NCBI GenBank assembly: GCA_051294375.1
Contig: CM119265.1
Span: forward strand, 4,037,025 to 4,101,024
Origin: Paraspadella gotoi
Lineage: Eukaryota > Animalia > Chaetognatha
DNA length: 64,000 bases
Reading direction: 5' to 3'
Shown here: positions 41,842-64,000 of the stretch, piece by piece
Layout of the letters: every line of letters starts with the position of its first letter
How positions within the stretch are numbered: position 1 is the first letter of the stretch
The notes under the pieces: model-generated
Seen by the model: the letters and a program-made list of their open reading frames with translations, nothing else
Told to the model about the DNA's origin: nothing
Databases searched by the model: none
Translations under genes and position numbers: made by a program

Positions 41842-44800
41842 AGAAAGAAAGAAAGAAGAAAGAAGAAAAAAAAGGGAAAAAAGGGGAAAAAAAAAACTTT
41901 CCAAACGAATCGATACAACTAAATATAATTACAGCGTAAGTTTTTCAGCCATTAAATTTGATAAAAAGTAGTAAAATCTTAAAATCCTAAAATCGTTTTT
42001 AGTGAACCTTAAAATTATATATTTGAACTGGTTTACAATCAAACTGTTTTATGTTATTTTGTTGTTTTCGGTTATTTGGTCATCTAATGAATAAAAAGAC
42101 TTCCTCTAAATCAGCACAAAAAACCATTAGACGGCGAATTTGTTAAGAAATTTCTCAATTTCATTTTCAACGGGGAATCTATTTTATGTTCGCTAGGTCT
42201 CGTCGAGGTGAGAGAAGAGAAAGACAGAGAGAGAAGAGAGAGAGAGAGAGAGAAAAGAGAAGAGAGAGAGAAAGAAGAGAGAAGAGAAAGAGAATGGGAT
42301 TGTTTGTGCCGGCTTCAAACTTCAAACATGTAAAAATGAAACTTGAACAATGTATGATATAAACATTTAAACTCGTACAAAGAACGACAATGATGATGTG
42401 ATGATGGATGATGATGGTGATGATTTGTCGATGACAATAATGACAAAGACGACTAAAATGACCTTTGAAAAATGTTATCATTAATAGTATTAATATACAA
42501 AGTTTCTTTTTTTCCATTCTATCATTCATTTCAAAAACGTTTGCCCTAGAACTGTAAACATTTTTTCCTGTCAGAATTATTACGATTTACGATTTTTCAG
42601 CATCTGTCGTCTGGCGTCGTCGTCGTCGTCGTTGTCGTCGTCGTCGTCGTCGTCGGCAGTCGTCGTCTTCTGTCGTCTCGTTGGTCGTCGAATCTGTCGT
42701 CGTCGTCGCCGTCGTCTTAAGCCTTTCGACGCACTTGTGCAAGTTTGTCGGAGAAAGATTGCAATAATTCGAAATTTTTTTTAATTCCGCAACTTGATGT
42801 TTGGAAAAGAAAAGACTCGTTCGTGCTGTTTTACTTTGCAAGAGTAATCTTTTTTGTTTAAAAATTCAGGAAGAAATAATTTCATATGGTTTTACTCTCT
42901 TTGATTTGTCGTTCACAGAAGGAAATTGTGGAGCAAATATAAAGAAAGTAAGAAAGAAAAGAAAGAAAGAACAGAAAAAGAAAGAAAGGAAAGAAGAAAG
43001 AAAGAAAAGAAAGAAAGAAAAAAAAAAGATGAAGAAATGAAAGAAAGAACAAAAGAAAGAAAGAAAGAAAGAAAGAAAGAAAAGAATATAGATGACAACA
43101 TGGAAAACATTAAAAATCTCTCTCTCTCCTCTCCTCTCTCCTACTCTCTCTCTCTCCTACTCTCTCGTCTCTCTCTCTTCTTGTCAGTGTTTTCTTGAAT
43201 TGAATCAGTTTTCCGTCGGAGCATTTTTTAGCTGAAACAGGATAGATCAAAACCGCGGATCATCACATGAAGACGACGACGAACGACGAACGCGACGACG
43301 ATCACTGATTACGTGGATTGAAATTTTTTATCCTTTTATTCCTCAAACTGTCGATCAAAAATCTCTCTCTCTCTCTCTCCTCTCTCTCTCTTCTCTACTC
43401 TCTCTCCTCTCCATCTTCTCTCCATCTCTCTCTCTCTCCTCTTCTCTTTTCCTCTCCTTTCTCAAAATTCCAAAAATTCATTCCGAGAGACTGAACAATT
43501 AAATTCTTTTGACCCTCGACGATGATCAGCGAAGGAAATGCGAAACGAAAATGCAAACGAATACAAACATAAGCGCAAAATGAATTTTCTAAACTGAGAT
43601 AAAATGATTACGCGTGAGATAAACCAAGTATTTTTTTATATATCCTGTTTCCGTTGAGAAACCATATCGAGAAAAGGAACGAATTTTTTATATGAATAAA
43701 ACAAAGACTATTTATTAAGAGGTATCAATCGCTTGTCCCGCTTGAGCTTTTCTGCTTTTCTTCTCTCTTGACCAATCAGAGAGGTGGTTTTGCATCTCGA
43801 CCAAAATGAGAGACAGGTGGGTCCCCAGGGGGGCGAATCGACGTGGAGAGAGAAGAAACTACATAAATTTTCCAAGTTCATGAACTATTTACTTTTGTAT
43901 TTTGAACCACTCGTTTAATCATCATAATCTCCCTCAATTATTATTATCTCCCTCGTTTATTTGTGTAAATAAAACTCCTATAAATTATCCGTAATAAACC
44001 AACGCTCTTCTTCCTTCGTTGTATTAAGCCTTATAATAAGTTTTAAATTAAACCGAATAAATTAAAATACTAGACTAGATTTTACCACAAGTTTAAGAAA
44101 CATGGTCGGGCGCTTTTTTTCTGTTCCTAATTCCTGAACTTAATTTTTAAGACTTGCATACTACCAAAATCCTTAACTCTAAACAACGCGAAACCCGACC
44201 AAATCTAAACCTATTCTCTAACCCATAACTCTATCCTACCTATAATCTTTAGAACACTAAATGGCCTTTAACCCTAATCGATAAGCATTTCTCATTTACT
44301 TATAATTCTAACAATTAAATAATTAATACCAAATTTCCAATAGAAGAAAATGGCATTCTTTGGAAATAGACGCCGAAAGGGCGAAGGAACCCAAAATAAA
44401 TGACCGATTTTTAGATGAATTTTGAGAAAATGATCTGTTTTATTCCCGACTAATTTGGAGGACCGACAATGCCCTGATCAAGTGATCAGCTTAAGGTCTG
44501 TCAGAACGCTACGCTGCGTCTTCTATTAAAAAGGATTTAATAAATACGTTACAGTAAATTTTGACGTCGTATTCATCTTCTGGTTATTGTTTGATATGTT
44601 GCCTGGATTGTTGTTTGTTGGTTGTGGTTGTTGTAGGGAGCCACGGGAGCAGTTATCAGGTTTTTCTTCAAGCACTTAATGCTGATCAAGAATTGGCCGC
44701 TCTATAACAAGTTTGGACGCTCACACTTTCAGGACAAGTAACAATATAGGAAAAAGACCAATAATGCACATTTTCATTTATCCATCCGATTGGTAGCCAT

Positions 44801-46020
44801 CGATGCGACAACATTGTTTTAGGCAAGTCAATCTAGTATACAAGAAAAATATCTCGGATGCCAACAAATCAACGTGCTCTTTTTTTAACTGTGCTACCCA
44901 CATCCAAGTGATAAACATATCCAGCCAATTAAGCAGCTCTCCCCTGAACTGTCAATTGCTAACTGCTTGAATTCTCGCCAATCACAGGCTTTTTCAACCT
45001 GTCAGCAGGCGCTATTCAATCAATAAAATCCTGCAGCCCATACGACCAACTTTTTTTCTTACTTGTTAAATTGCATTAACATAAAAATATGCTAGCCAAT
45101 GAAACATGCCTTTTTTTGACTGGTGCAACCGCATTTAATGAAATAAAAGTTTTCAGCCAATCACGATCGTCCTGCGTTCTGAAATCAATTTAACGTCCAG
45201 TGAGTCTGAGGTTCGAGAGATAGTCTCGCATTGAAGATCCGCATGGTTTGCGGTCTGTGAATAACAATCGTAGTTTCGGTCCGGTGAAAGGGAATGACCA
45301 CTGGTCCGAACTGACATCTTAAAATGTTGAACAAATGATACATCGCTTTTATTAACAATTTCATAAGATTTACTAAAAAGTAAATCATGAATACACATCG
45401 TGAGTTGTTGGAATAGAGTTAATTATTTTTTAAACAAATGCAGTTTTAGTTTTGAAAAACTAAAATATCTTTTTTAATCGCTAAATAATAAATGCAGTTT
45501 TTTTATTGTATTGTCTATTAAGTAATTGGCCTGATGTTAATGTAAAAATTTAGTAAAAGTTATACGTCATCCTTTTATAATTAGCAATTATAAAATTGAG
45601 CAGTAAGGCAATCGAGCTGCTTTCGATTCCCAATCTCTCGGGCCACAAGTTTCGGTTCGACCGGCGAAAGTCTATAATCATCATCACATCGTCATCAATC
45701 ATCTCATCATCGGCGTTCCGCATTGACTGCCGACAAAATCAAAGGATGCGTTTTAATGTGACATCACAAAACATGAACGACGACCGACGAACGACGACGA
45801 CGACGAAATTAATGCCAACAAGGAAGTAGGAAAAAAAGTGAGCTGGAAAAAGCTCAAAACACGACTTTACTCACGCTGAGTTCATTCGAAGGGAAGGTCG
45901 AGGGAGAGGAGCAATGTAAGGTGAGTCAAATGAGAGGAGGAAGAGCAAGGGAGGAAGAGGTTAATGTATTTAATTTAACGAGGAGGAGAAAATTTAAAAA
46001 GGTGAGAGAGAGAAAGAGAG

Positions 46021-46071
<51 letters not shown>

Positions 46072-46575
46072 ACGAGAGAGAGAGAGGAGAGAAGAACATG
46101 CTCGAGGCGGGTAAAGGAATGCTTTGGTGGAAAGAGGGAAAGGAATGCGGGAAAGAAAGAATAAAATAATTTAAAAGAAAGCTAAACGAATAAATATAGA
46201 AAGAGGAAAGAAGAAAGAAAGAAAGAAGAAGAGAAAGAAGACAAGAAAGAAGAGAAAGAAGAAAGAAAGAAGAAGCGAAAGGTAGGTAAGAAATGAAAGA
46301 AATAAAATTGAGGCATATATGTAATTATTGAATTTTTTAACACACAACGCTGTTTGATTGTTTAATTTCAAGTTGAAAACAGCAGTTGATTTGTTTTACG
46401 CTTGAAAAGTATTAATAAGATAATAAACATTGAGAAAAAAAATTATCTAAAGTAAAAAAAAGAAGAAATTATAAGAAAGATAGAATTAGAAAGGAAAAAA
46501 GTTATAAAAGAAGAGAGAGAGAGAGAAAAAGAGGAGAGAGACGAGAGAGAAGAGAGGAGAAGAGAGAGAGAAAGA

Positions 46576-46615
<40 letters not shown>

Positions 46616-48266
46616 AGAGGAGGAGAGGAAAAAGGAGAAGAGAAGAGAGGAGAGGAGAGAGAGAGATGAAGAGAGAGAGAGGAGAGAGAAGAGAGAGAGA
46701 AAAGAGAGAGAAGAGGAGAGAGTGAGAAAAGAGAGTGACTGTGAGTCTTTTAATCGATTTGACTTGTTTTACTATTGCTAACCATCGAAGTCATTTAAAT
46801 ATATCCACAAGTGGGATAAACAAAAAAAAAACAAAAAAGAAAGATATTTAACCGAGATCCCTCAAGCTGGGCAGCTCGTGTGAGGGGAAAATTTTATCTG
46901 ATCCTGACTGGTACTTTTAAAACTTTGAATTAGAAAATGAATAAAAATGAAATAGAAATGGGGAAATAAAAATGAAATTAAAAAAAGCCAGTTATTGATT
47001 CCCGCGCTAAAAATGTAGAGATTGTAAAATCTAATCATAACTATACATAAATGTCTAATATCATAATGTGAGTAAGTGATAACTATCATAAATGTGATAA
47101 GTGATAACTATTATAAATGTCATATAACCCGTCCAGCGATTATTTTGCGCCACAATTCTTTTTGCCGTATTTCATGTCGCACGCATTTCGCAACGCGATT
47201 CCGCACTCAATTTCACTCCGCAGTCGAACTCACAAAACTCGTTTCGGCGTCAAACTTCATTTTTCGACTCATAAATTCCTGCGCTTCTTTTCATCTCAAT
47301 CACGTGACGCCTAGCATAACTTTGACGATCTCGTCCCCAATTTTGCAAGGAGATCGTACGCCAATACGTACGAAGCGTAGGATTGTCTGCTAGCAACCTG
47401 CACACAGCGTACTGCTATACTGCAAACGGATCTTTGTAGAAACATTCATTGTTCACTCCTGTGACTCAGTGGTTTCTCAAGCATTTTCTTTTCAATCAAT
47501 TCACATTTAATCTTTTTATTCCGTCGCCTCTCTTTTTTTTCTCTTCACTGCGGGCGTGATCTTCAGCTTTACTTTTCGACGCAATCACCAAATGATCACG
47601 TAAAGAGTGTCTCACAGCGCTATAGACGTTTCTCTTCACCGTGAAATCGAAACACGGGAACACATGAAGTATGAGTCATAGTGAAAATAGCAGACCCCTG
47701 AGGACCATTTTTTATCAAAGGCGGATTATATCTGTTTTTTATCATCGTAACCAAAATAAGTAATAAGTTATGATAAAATTGTACATATATCGTTTAATGA
47801 CTCCTGCATATTATTTAATGGCTTTTTTTATTCGTACTTATTCAAATGTTGCATAAAATTTCAAACCAAACATTTTTCCATACATTCATCTTTTGGCATT
47901 CCACCAAAGTTTCACCTCAAATTTTTAATTTGATACCGCAGGCGTTAAGATTCAGTAAATCTTTCCTGCATTCAACAATTCGCCGTAAGTGAGCATTCCA
48001 CGTCATTCCAATCAGCATTCACAATTCCCTCTCTCTCGTCAGACTCCACCTCGACCTGATTCGCTTTCAAACGTCCGAAGATGAAATTCGAATATCTTTC
48101 TCACAAAAATTCCAAATTTTTGAGAGATTTTCACCAAAAAAAATCGCCTGTGATTTTTTTTGCACTGGCGATTTTCTTTCTTTTTTTCACTGGTTTTATT
48201 ACGTAGAGAAAAGCTAACTCGCAATTCTTTTTTTTCCCCTTTTATTTTTTTTTTTTTTTTTGCGAG
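39590..48266 (+). repeat. Error-rich third copy of about 30525-38385 (looks like an unpolished long read used for gap filling)
   Basis: Collinear with 30525-38385 throughout, but with an insertion-dominated error every few tens of bases. Ends at a 25-N gap. Confidence 0.93.
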
Positions 48267-48291
48267 NNNNNNNNNNNNNNNNNNNNNNNNN
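48267..48291. other. Assembly gap (25 N)
   Basis: Run of exactly 25 N. Confidence 0.99.
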
Positions 48292-50131
48292 GATTTATTT
48301 CGGTCGGTGATCGGATGTCGGTGCAAGAATGTAGGTGATTGAAAGTAGGTGATTGAAAGTAGGTGATTGTACTGAAGGATTAGGGTGAGAAAAGCTTTTT
48401 ATGCAGACGGACAGATGGATTTTATTAAGAGAGATAGAGAGAGAGTTGGGGGTTATATTGGTTCCTGTTTTAAATTCTCCCTTTTTCAATGAAGGTTTTG
48501 GAGAGATTTATTGGATTTTGAAATGATTGGTTTCCACGATTGCTTTCCGTGATTGCTTTCCCAGATTCGCTCGTTTTGTTTCTCGATTTTCTCGTTGGTT
48601 GAACGAGAAAATTTAAGATTTTTTTTTAACGCGAATCAAAAAAAAAAAAAAAAAATGAAAACGAATTTAGTTTCGTTTTTGAATAAATAATAATTTTCCG
48701 TTCGATTTTTTTTTCTTCAGTTCTTTCGTTTCGTGTTTTTTCTTGACACAAAAAATAATAATTCTTGATGCTTGTAATGAAAAAGAGCGATTATTATGTA
48801 TATATGTGCTTGCCGAGAGCTCTCTGCTACGAATGAAAAAAATTCCTGATGGTTGATTCGATATTTAAAAAGATAGAGAGAGAGAGATTCTCTCGTGAGG
48901 ATTCGACTCTTTTATACAACAGCAATCGAGTTCCCGTTTTTTTTTTTCAAAGTTCGATCGAGAGTCTCATCACCTTAATCATCGTCATTATCACGAGCAT
49001 CATTATCGTCTTCTTCGTCGTCGTTATCATCATCTTTCTCATGACCGTCTCATAATCGCCTTTATCATCTTCATATTCATAATCATCACAAACTTGGCCG
49101 AGATATCCACCGTCATCGCTCGGTCATCAACCCCCTTGGCCCATAACTCATCCTCATCCTCCTCTTATTGGATTAACCGCTCCTCCTCCTCCTCCTCCTC
49201 CTCCTTTGACGTCAGATCTTCCAGAATTTGATTTTTTTTTTTCAACTTTCGTAATTTCATTTCTGAAAAAGTTGAAACTATGCGGAGGCCGGCCGGGTTG
49301 TTCTCTTGATAACATCTACTTATAATCTATATTTTTTATTCATATAATTTATACATTTTGAAACATTTTATTTATTAATTCACATCTCCTTATTTATTTT
49401 TTTTTTGCTCGGGCTTGAATCAAATATATCTATTATAAAATGATGAAATAAAATGTATTTTAACGAGTAAGCAACCGCCTTAATGAAGTGAGTGGACGCA
49501 GCTAAAAAAATTCTCGAGGATTCTCTGGTCACTTTCTTTTTTACTTTTTTCCCTTTTTTTTCTTTTGTCCTTTTTTTCCTTTTTTTTCTTTTTCCCCCTT
49601 TTTTTTGAGTGGGCGGTTTATCAGTCACCAGATAATTCGCAACCTGGTCCTTTCCGTCGTCGTTGTTGTCGTCGTCGTCTTCATAGGTCGTGCGAACCTA
49701 AAAATTCACAATCACCGTGACATGAGAAATGATTTGTGACTCAACCAAGTGAGAAAACTTTTTTTTTAAATTTCGTGATTTGACATGAATCGTCATTGAT
49801 TGACGTTAACTATTAAAAAGTTTACCATTAGTTTTGTTGGATGCATATATTGCATATTATCAAACATCGAATTATTAGTATTATACAGCGAATTGAGTTA
49901 TCTTTACATGTATTCTAAAAAGAAAATTGTGACAACCTTGTTCGGTGATTTTTGCAACTGAAAAAACCGTAAAAAATATAAAAATGAAAAAATTCACTTC
50001 TTTTATATATGGATCTAAAAAAATCTTTGTAACAGAGATAATTTCTGACCAATAAGACTGAAATAAAGTTGATAATATATTTTTGCAAACATTAAAGTCT
50101 CACGCATTAATTCGAGTTTTTTATTCCGGTT

Positions 50132-50195
<64 letters not shown>

Positions 50196-50516
50196 TGGAA
50201 GGAAGAAAAAGACAAGGATTGGTTTACCTTGAGAAAAGCCAGATTGCGGAAGCGTAAGACGGAATCGGCCGAATTCCGACTGACTGACTGACTTTCTTTC
50301 TTTCTTTCTTTCTTTCTTTCCTTTCTTTCTTTCTTTCTTCTTCTTTCCTTTCTCTTCTTTCTTTCTTTCTTTCTTTTTTTCTTTCTTTCTTTCTTTCTTT
50401 TTTATTTTTTCTTTCATTCTCTTTATATTTGCTTTTTGTCTTTCTCTTCTCTTTTTCAATTAATTCTTGAAACACTTTAGTTTCTCTCTCTCTCTCTCTT
50501 CTCTCTCTCTGCTCTC

Positions 50517-50590
<74 letters not shown>

Positions 50591-50698
50591 CATCCGCCTG
50601 AAATAACCTCCTACATATACCGAACGACTGTAACTCTTCTCGAATATCATTCCTGTCAATGCCACTCCTATCACTCTTTTAAAGATTATCTCTCTTCT

Positions 50699-50770
<72 letters not shown>

Positions 50771-51016
50771 CTCTCTCGTAAACGGAAGCTTTTCCTCCCA
50801 CGTTCTCGGGAGGGAGAGAGAGATGAGTCGGGTGAATTCGTCGACGCGCCCCGTGATTTCGTGATTTCGTGATTTCGAATTTCACGCTCGAGAATTTGGC
50901 AACAATCGACTCTGACACTGATGATTATATACATTAGTCGATGATAAACACACAAAAATTTATATTAAACAGAATTAATCCGTATTCATTAAAAATTAAT
51001 CCAAATATCCATATAA

Positions 51017-51220
51017 AAAAGCGGCGCCCCATGTCGCCATCTATGACGCCGCCGATGGGCGCCTAGATTTTAATAGCAGACGTCAAAAGCGACGCCCCAT
51101 GTCGCCATCTATGACCCCCCCAATGGGCGCCTAGATTTTAATAGCAGACGTCAAAAGCGACGCCCCTCATCGCCATCTATGACCCCGCCGATGGGCGCCT
51201 CGATTTTAATAGCAGACGTC
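51017..51220. repeat. GC-rich tandem repeat, 68 bp x3
   Basis: aaaagcgacgccccatgtcgccatctatgac...gggcgcctagattttaatagcagacgtc begins at 51017, 51085 and 51153. Confidence 0.95.
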
Positions 51221-52777
51221 AACTCCAATTAGCGCCACTGCGGCCAAAATCCTCTTATGTAGGTTTTGAGGTCGAACGTGCGACGACGACGACGACGACA
51301 ACGACGACGACGACAACGTCGACAACGTCGACCATGACGAAGGTTGACGATGGTTATGAAGTTATCAACCAAAACCTGGTGTCATTTATACCTTATGATT
51401 AATAGGTAGTTAATATTATAAATTGGATCAGTATTGGGCATAATAAATGCTAATGTAAGTTTCGCATACCAAATGTTTACATTAGATGATTTAATTATTT
51501 TTTCAATTTAATCAATTAATTTTTCTGAAGTAGACAAGAATACTTCTTCTATCCGATTTTCAATCGCATGTCGATTCATTTCGAGTTTATGTGATTTTTA
51601 CCGCTGTTCTTCTGTTAGACTTAGCGGCTTTAGTTCTAGGATTTTCCGCTCGAGAGAGTATGGTCAGAGGTAGCTCATTTGTTTCTCAGCTTAATTGTGT
51701 TGTAAAATCGAAATAACCGCGACAGATCTGTGTATTAATATTCTGATTTTTTTCCAGAAAAAGCAATTATATAAATGTACGCATACATAGGTCAAACATT
51801 AGGCAATAAATTTCAAGAACACTGAGAATAAATTTACGTATTTTTTTACGCTACATCTTTAGCCCAGTTAATTCATCTTTTAAGTTTTTTTCGAGTTTTT
51901 CACAAAAATTAAAATTATTTAGCTTATTTATGCTATAGAAAGTAGTGACGTTTATAAAGATAACCTAAAACTTTTCCATACTTGAGAATTGGTTTCTAAA
52001 TTAACCGCCGCCGAAATCCGTTCCCACGTGAACCCAAGGCCAATAAACGTGGTTGGCAGCAGGGGGTCGCTGGCAACGGCGACAACGATGCCAGGTGATA
52101 TCGTAAAACAGGATGTACTGCAAGATTCTTTTAGTCTCAATAAAATATAACATTTAATTTCAAATCTTTTCTTATTACATTAATACATTTATATTCTATC
52201 ATATCTCTTTCAAACTTCTCCTTACTCTTCCTCCTCCTCCTCCTCCTCCTCCTCCTCCTATACATTTTTGAAAATTGTAGCCCCAGGAATTTGACCATCG
52301 AGTCGATGGTCGTATTCTCTCCTCCTCCTCCTCCTCCTCCTCCTCCTCTTCCTCTTCCTCAATCTCCTTCTGTTGGTCATTATCTTTGACCCGAATAACC
52401 GGTTTTTGGATCCTTTTTAATCTCTTTGTCTGCGGATTTGTTCTTTTTCTTGTAGTTGTCAACCAATCGGTCCCTGATAATAATTCGACGAAGACGACAT
52501 ATCAGAATTTAAATATAAAGGCCTGATGAGAAACGAATGTTATAATATATATCAATATTACAAATTGATAAATGAAACTCGCTATATCTTAAAAAAACCG
52601 ATGACAAATAGCGAGAGAGAATAAAAAATTGGAAATAGAAAAAACTGAACGACAAAAAAAAACGACGAATTAAAATTAAATCAAAAAATTAAACTATGAT
52701 TTTAAATTAAATTATTACAATTACACCAAAAATATAAAACCATTCTTCAAACCTCGAAAAAAAAATAAGAACAAAAA

Positions 52778-56844
<4,067 letters not shown>

Positions 56845-56854
<10 letters not shown>

Positions 56855-57020
56855 GGGGTTTAAGGGGATTAAGGGGTTAAGGCAAAGGGGTGAGGGGTTA
56901 GGGGATTAAGGGGGTTAAGGCAAAAGGGGTGAGGGGTTTTAGGGGGTTAAGTGGATTAGGTTAGGGCAAAAGGAGTGAGGGGTTAAGGGATTAAGGGGGT
57001 TAAGGCAAAAGGGGTAAGGT
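56845..57020 (+). repeat. G-rich tandem repeat (about 38-40 bp unit) immediately after the ENT stop codon; G-quadruplex-forming
   Basis: Unit ggggtgaggggttaaggggattaagggggttaaggcaaaa x about 4.5, with four G-tracts per unit. Confidence 0.85.
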
Positions 57021-57582
57021 AGTTGTGGATTAGGATAGTGATTCAGTTAGCGATTCAGATAATGACGATGACTATGATGTTACTTATATTTGATTTGAAT
57101 GATGTAAATAAAGATGAATCACTGACATACATAACTAATCCTTCCATTTATGGACGAAATTGAACCACACAATCCATTTAAGCTCCATTTATGTCTGTAA
57201 CTTCGAACATTAAACTATTTATTTCACTTTTTGTGAAGCGTAACATGTTTCTATAGTTGTTTGGATTAATGTTTGTATAAATTTTTTTATTATGCTTTAG
57301 TTTTCTATAGATTCGAGTTGTTTTGCCTCTTTATTGCAAAATTAGGACTATTTATTATATTAGCTAGAATGCCTACTTTTTATTCATTTCAGACTATCTT
57401 TAATTATTAGTGTATCATTACTGTGTGGTACATCATGATGTATAAATCGAAAGTAAACAACCGAAAAACTGTACAAATTATTCTTACTAAGTGTAACTGT
57501 TGATTTTAAGTTTACTAATCAATAAAATTAAACAATAAATATTGTAAATGAAATCATTTTAAAGAAGTATTTAGTCATGAAG

Positions 57583-57815
57583 CAATGGTAGTAAAAATTA
57601 AATTAAATTAAATTAAAAACACTACAACAACCGTAAGAAAAATTAAAAATTAAATTAAATTAAATTAAATTAAAAACACTACAACAATTGTAGTAAAAAT
57701 TAAAAATTAAATTAAATTAAAAACACTAAAACAATTGTAGTAAAAATTAAAAATTAAATTAAATTAAATTAAATTAAATTAAAAAAACTACAACAATGGT
57801 AGTAAAAATTAAAAA
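57583..57815. repeat. AT-rich tandem repeat (caat(g/t)gtagtaaaaatt(aaatt)n-aaaacactacaa) x about 5
   Basis: Direct repeats with a variable (aaatt)n core. Confidence 0.9.
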
Positions 57816-58240
57816 TTATACAGTTAAACAGTTTTTGTTTTTTATGCCGATTAAACTTAACCGCATACTGTTCGAATCTGCTTTTAAAAATAAGAAAAAA
57901 AATTTTAAATTCGACATTTTCTATGGTGAGTACTATGTATAAATATGGGCGTATGCAAAAATTTAAAAATAAAAATTAATTTTTTTATATTTAAAAATGT
58001 TCACAGGTACAAGCCTGTTTGTGATCTACTATTCGAATTTTGATTCCACTTGATTTTTATATTTTTGCTACGCTTTACTCTGGATACACACTTCAATATT
58101 GGTTAATCAACTTTACATTGTGTACCATATTAAATAATACATTGAATTCAATATTATGTATATTATTATATTATCACCCACAGAAGCAACCCTTAAATTG
58201 TTTAGTATAGTTCAACCCCGAAAGCGACGCCAATGCCACC

Positions 58241-58470
58241 AGTGTATTTAAAAATTCAGAAAATGAAAAAATTTTGTTCGTTAAACTGTCAAAATCTTTC
58301 TCGTTGGCTATTTTTAAACAGTTAATTGAGACGAACGTTATAATTTATTAATTATAATTTAATTTATAATTTATATTATAATTTATAATTTATAATGATG
58401 ACTTTCGTCCATAAAATTCGTTAAATAAAATATCGATGGTTGGATGTTTTTACGAGAATAAATATTGAGA
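58241..58470 (+). repeat. Second copy of the dispersed repeat at 9834-10070
   Basis: Near-identical sequence in the same orientation. Confidence 0.9.
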
Positions 58471-58609
58471 AAGAGAATTTGAATTAGATGAATAAATAAA
58501 CAATTACTCGCAGTAAAATGAAACCTACGATAGATTAGCTTCCGCAACAGATTTCAAAAAGAGCTTTTTTTATGGATGATGATGACGCCGATAAATATGC
58601 TTACAGATG

Positions 58610-58725
58610 TGGTAAAGATAGCGACATTTCTGGAAAAGTTGGCGACAGTTCTGCAAAAGATGGCGACAGTTCTGGCAAAGAGGGCGACAGTTCCGGTAAA
58701 GAAGGTGACGATGTCGGCAAAGCGT
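58610..58725. repeat. 21 bp minisatellite ggcgacagttctggcaaaga(g/t) x about 5
   Basis: Periodic gcgaca/ggcgacagtt, read as GDSSGKE repeats in the 58572-58760 ORF. Confidence 0.8.
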
Positions 58726-59283
58726 CTGATGACGAGGACGTAATCAATAGCCGAGAGTAGAAAGAGAGAACAAAAAAAAAAAGTTTTGTAGTTAAATTTG
58801 TTAAATATTTTTCTTACTAACCTTATGGACATTGCACGCGGGCGGCTTTCCTTCCTGGATAATTTGTTTGGTATCTCTATTTACCCTCGTGAAAAAAAAA
58901 CCGAGTACAATGAAAACTTGTAAGAACATTTTGGTCTTAACTCAAAACCAATGTAGAAATTAAAACGAAAATTTTAAAATTATACTTATAATTTTATAAT
59001 TATTTATTTATTTGCGTCAAGAGTTCTTTTTCATTATTAAAAAAAATAAACCTGTACGACGTACAGTACAGTACAGTACAGTACAGTACAGAACAGTACA
59101 ATACAATACACAATACAGTACCGCGTACGTTCTGTCACGATTTCCGACATATACGTATACAAGCTCCGAGTTTTTTAACTTAGTTAAAACTTATAAAGAT
59201 ATGAACTCTGTGACCTTCTATATCCTTTTCACCAGGGATTATTATCGAAGATATGTATTTTTAATTGTCAAAAATAAAACGAA

Positions 59284-64000
<4,717 letters not shown>

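Noticed and set aside
52520-52550. ctgatgagaaacg hammerhead-like juxtaposition
   Set aside because: No stem II and no stem I pairing; compatible with chance.

Overview
Eukaryotic, most likely invertebrate animal, genomic scaffold: AT-rich, dense in (AG)n/(AAAG)n/(GAC)n microsatellites, with GC-rich spliced exons. Most of the ORF track is microsatellite or antisense noise. Much of 1-48 kb is redundant and probably reflects assembly artefact: three large fold-back inverted repeats (about 1-2390, 3334-7970, 11678-23285), a 4.3 kb tandem duplication (24947-33672), an insertion-riddled raw-read-like copy (39590-48266) and four gaps of exactly 25 N. Genes I can support: (1) a co-oriented cluster of small Cys-rich zinc-finger / coiled-coil / C3HC4-RING genes (about 11-24 kb); (2) a 5-exon equilibrative nucleoside transporter (SLC29 family, 52778-56854); (3) a 5-exon stonustoxin (SNTX/VTX)-like pore-forming-toxin homologue (59284 to beyond the window end). 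The toxin homologue has an apparent signal peptide, an FN3 domain and Cys-rich ephrin-receptor-like repeats, and its longest exon is missing from the ORF track. Mobile DNA includes internally deleted Tc1 elements, tRNA-derived SINE-like heads and Penelope-type hammerhead-ribozyme motifs, one of them in the loop of an 80-bp-arm hairpin in the toxin gene's first intron. All family assignments come from motif recognition by eye; no searches were run.
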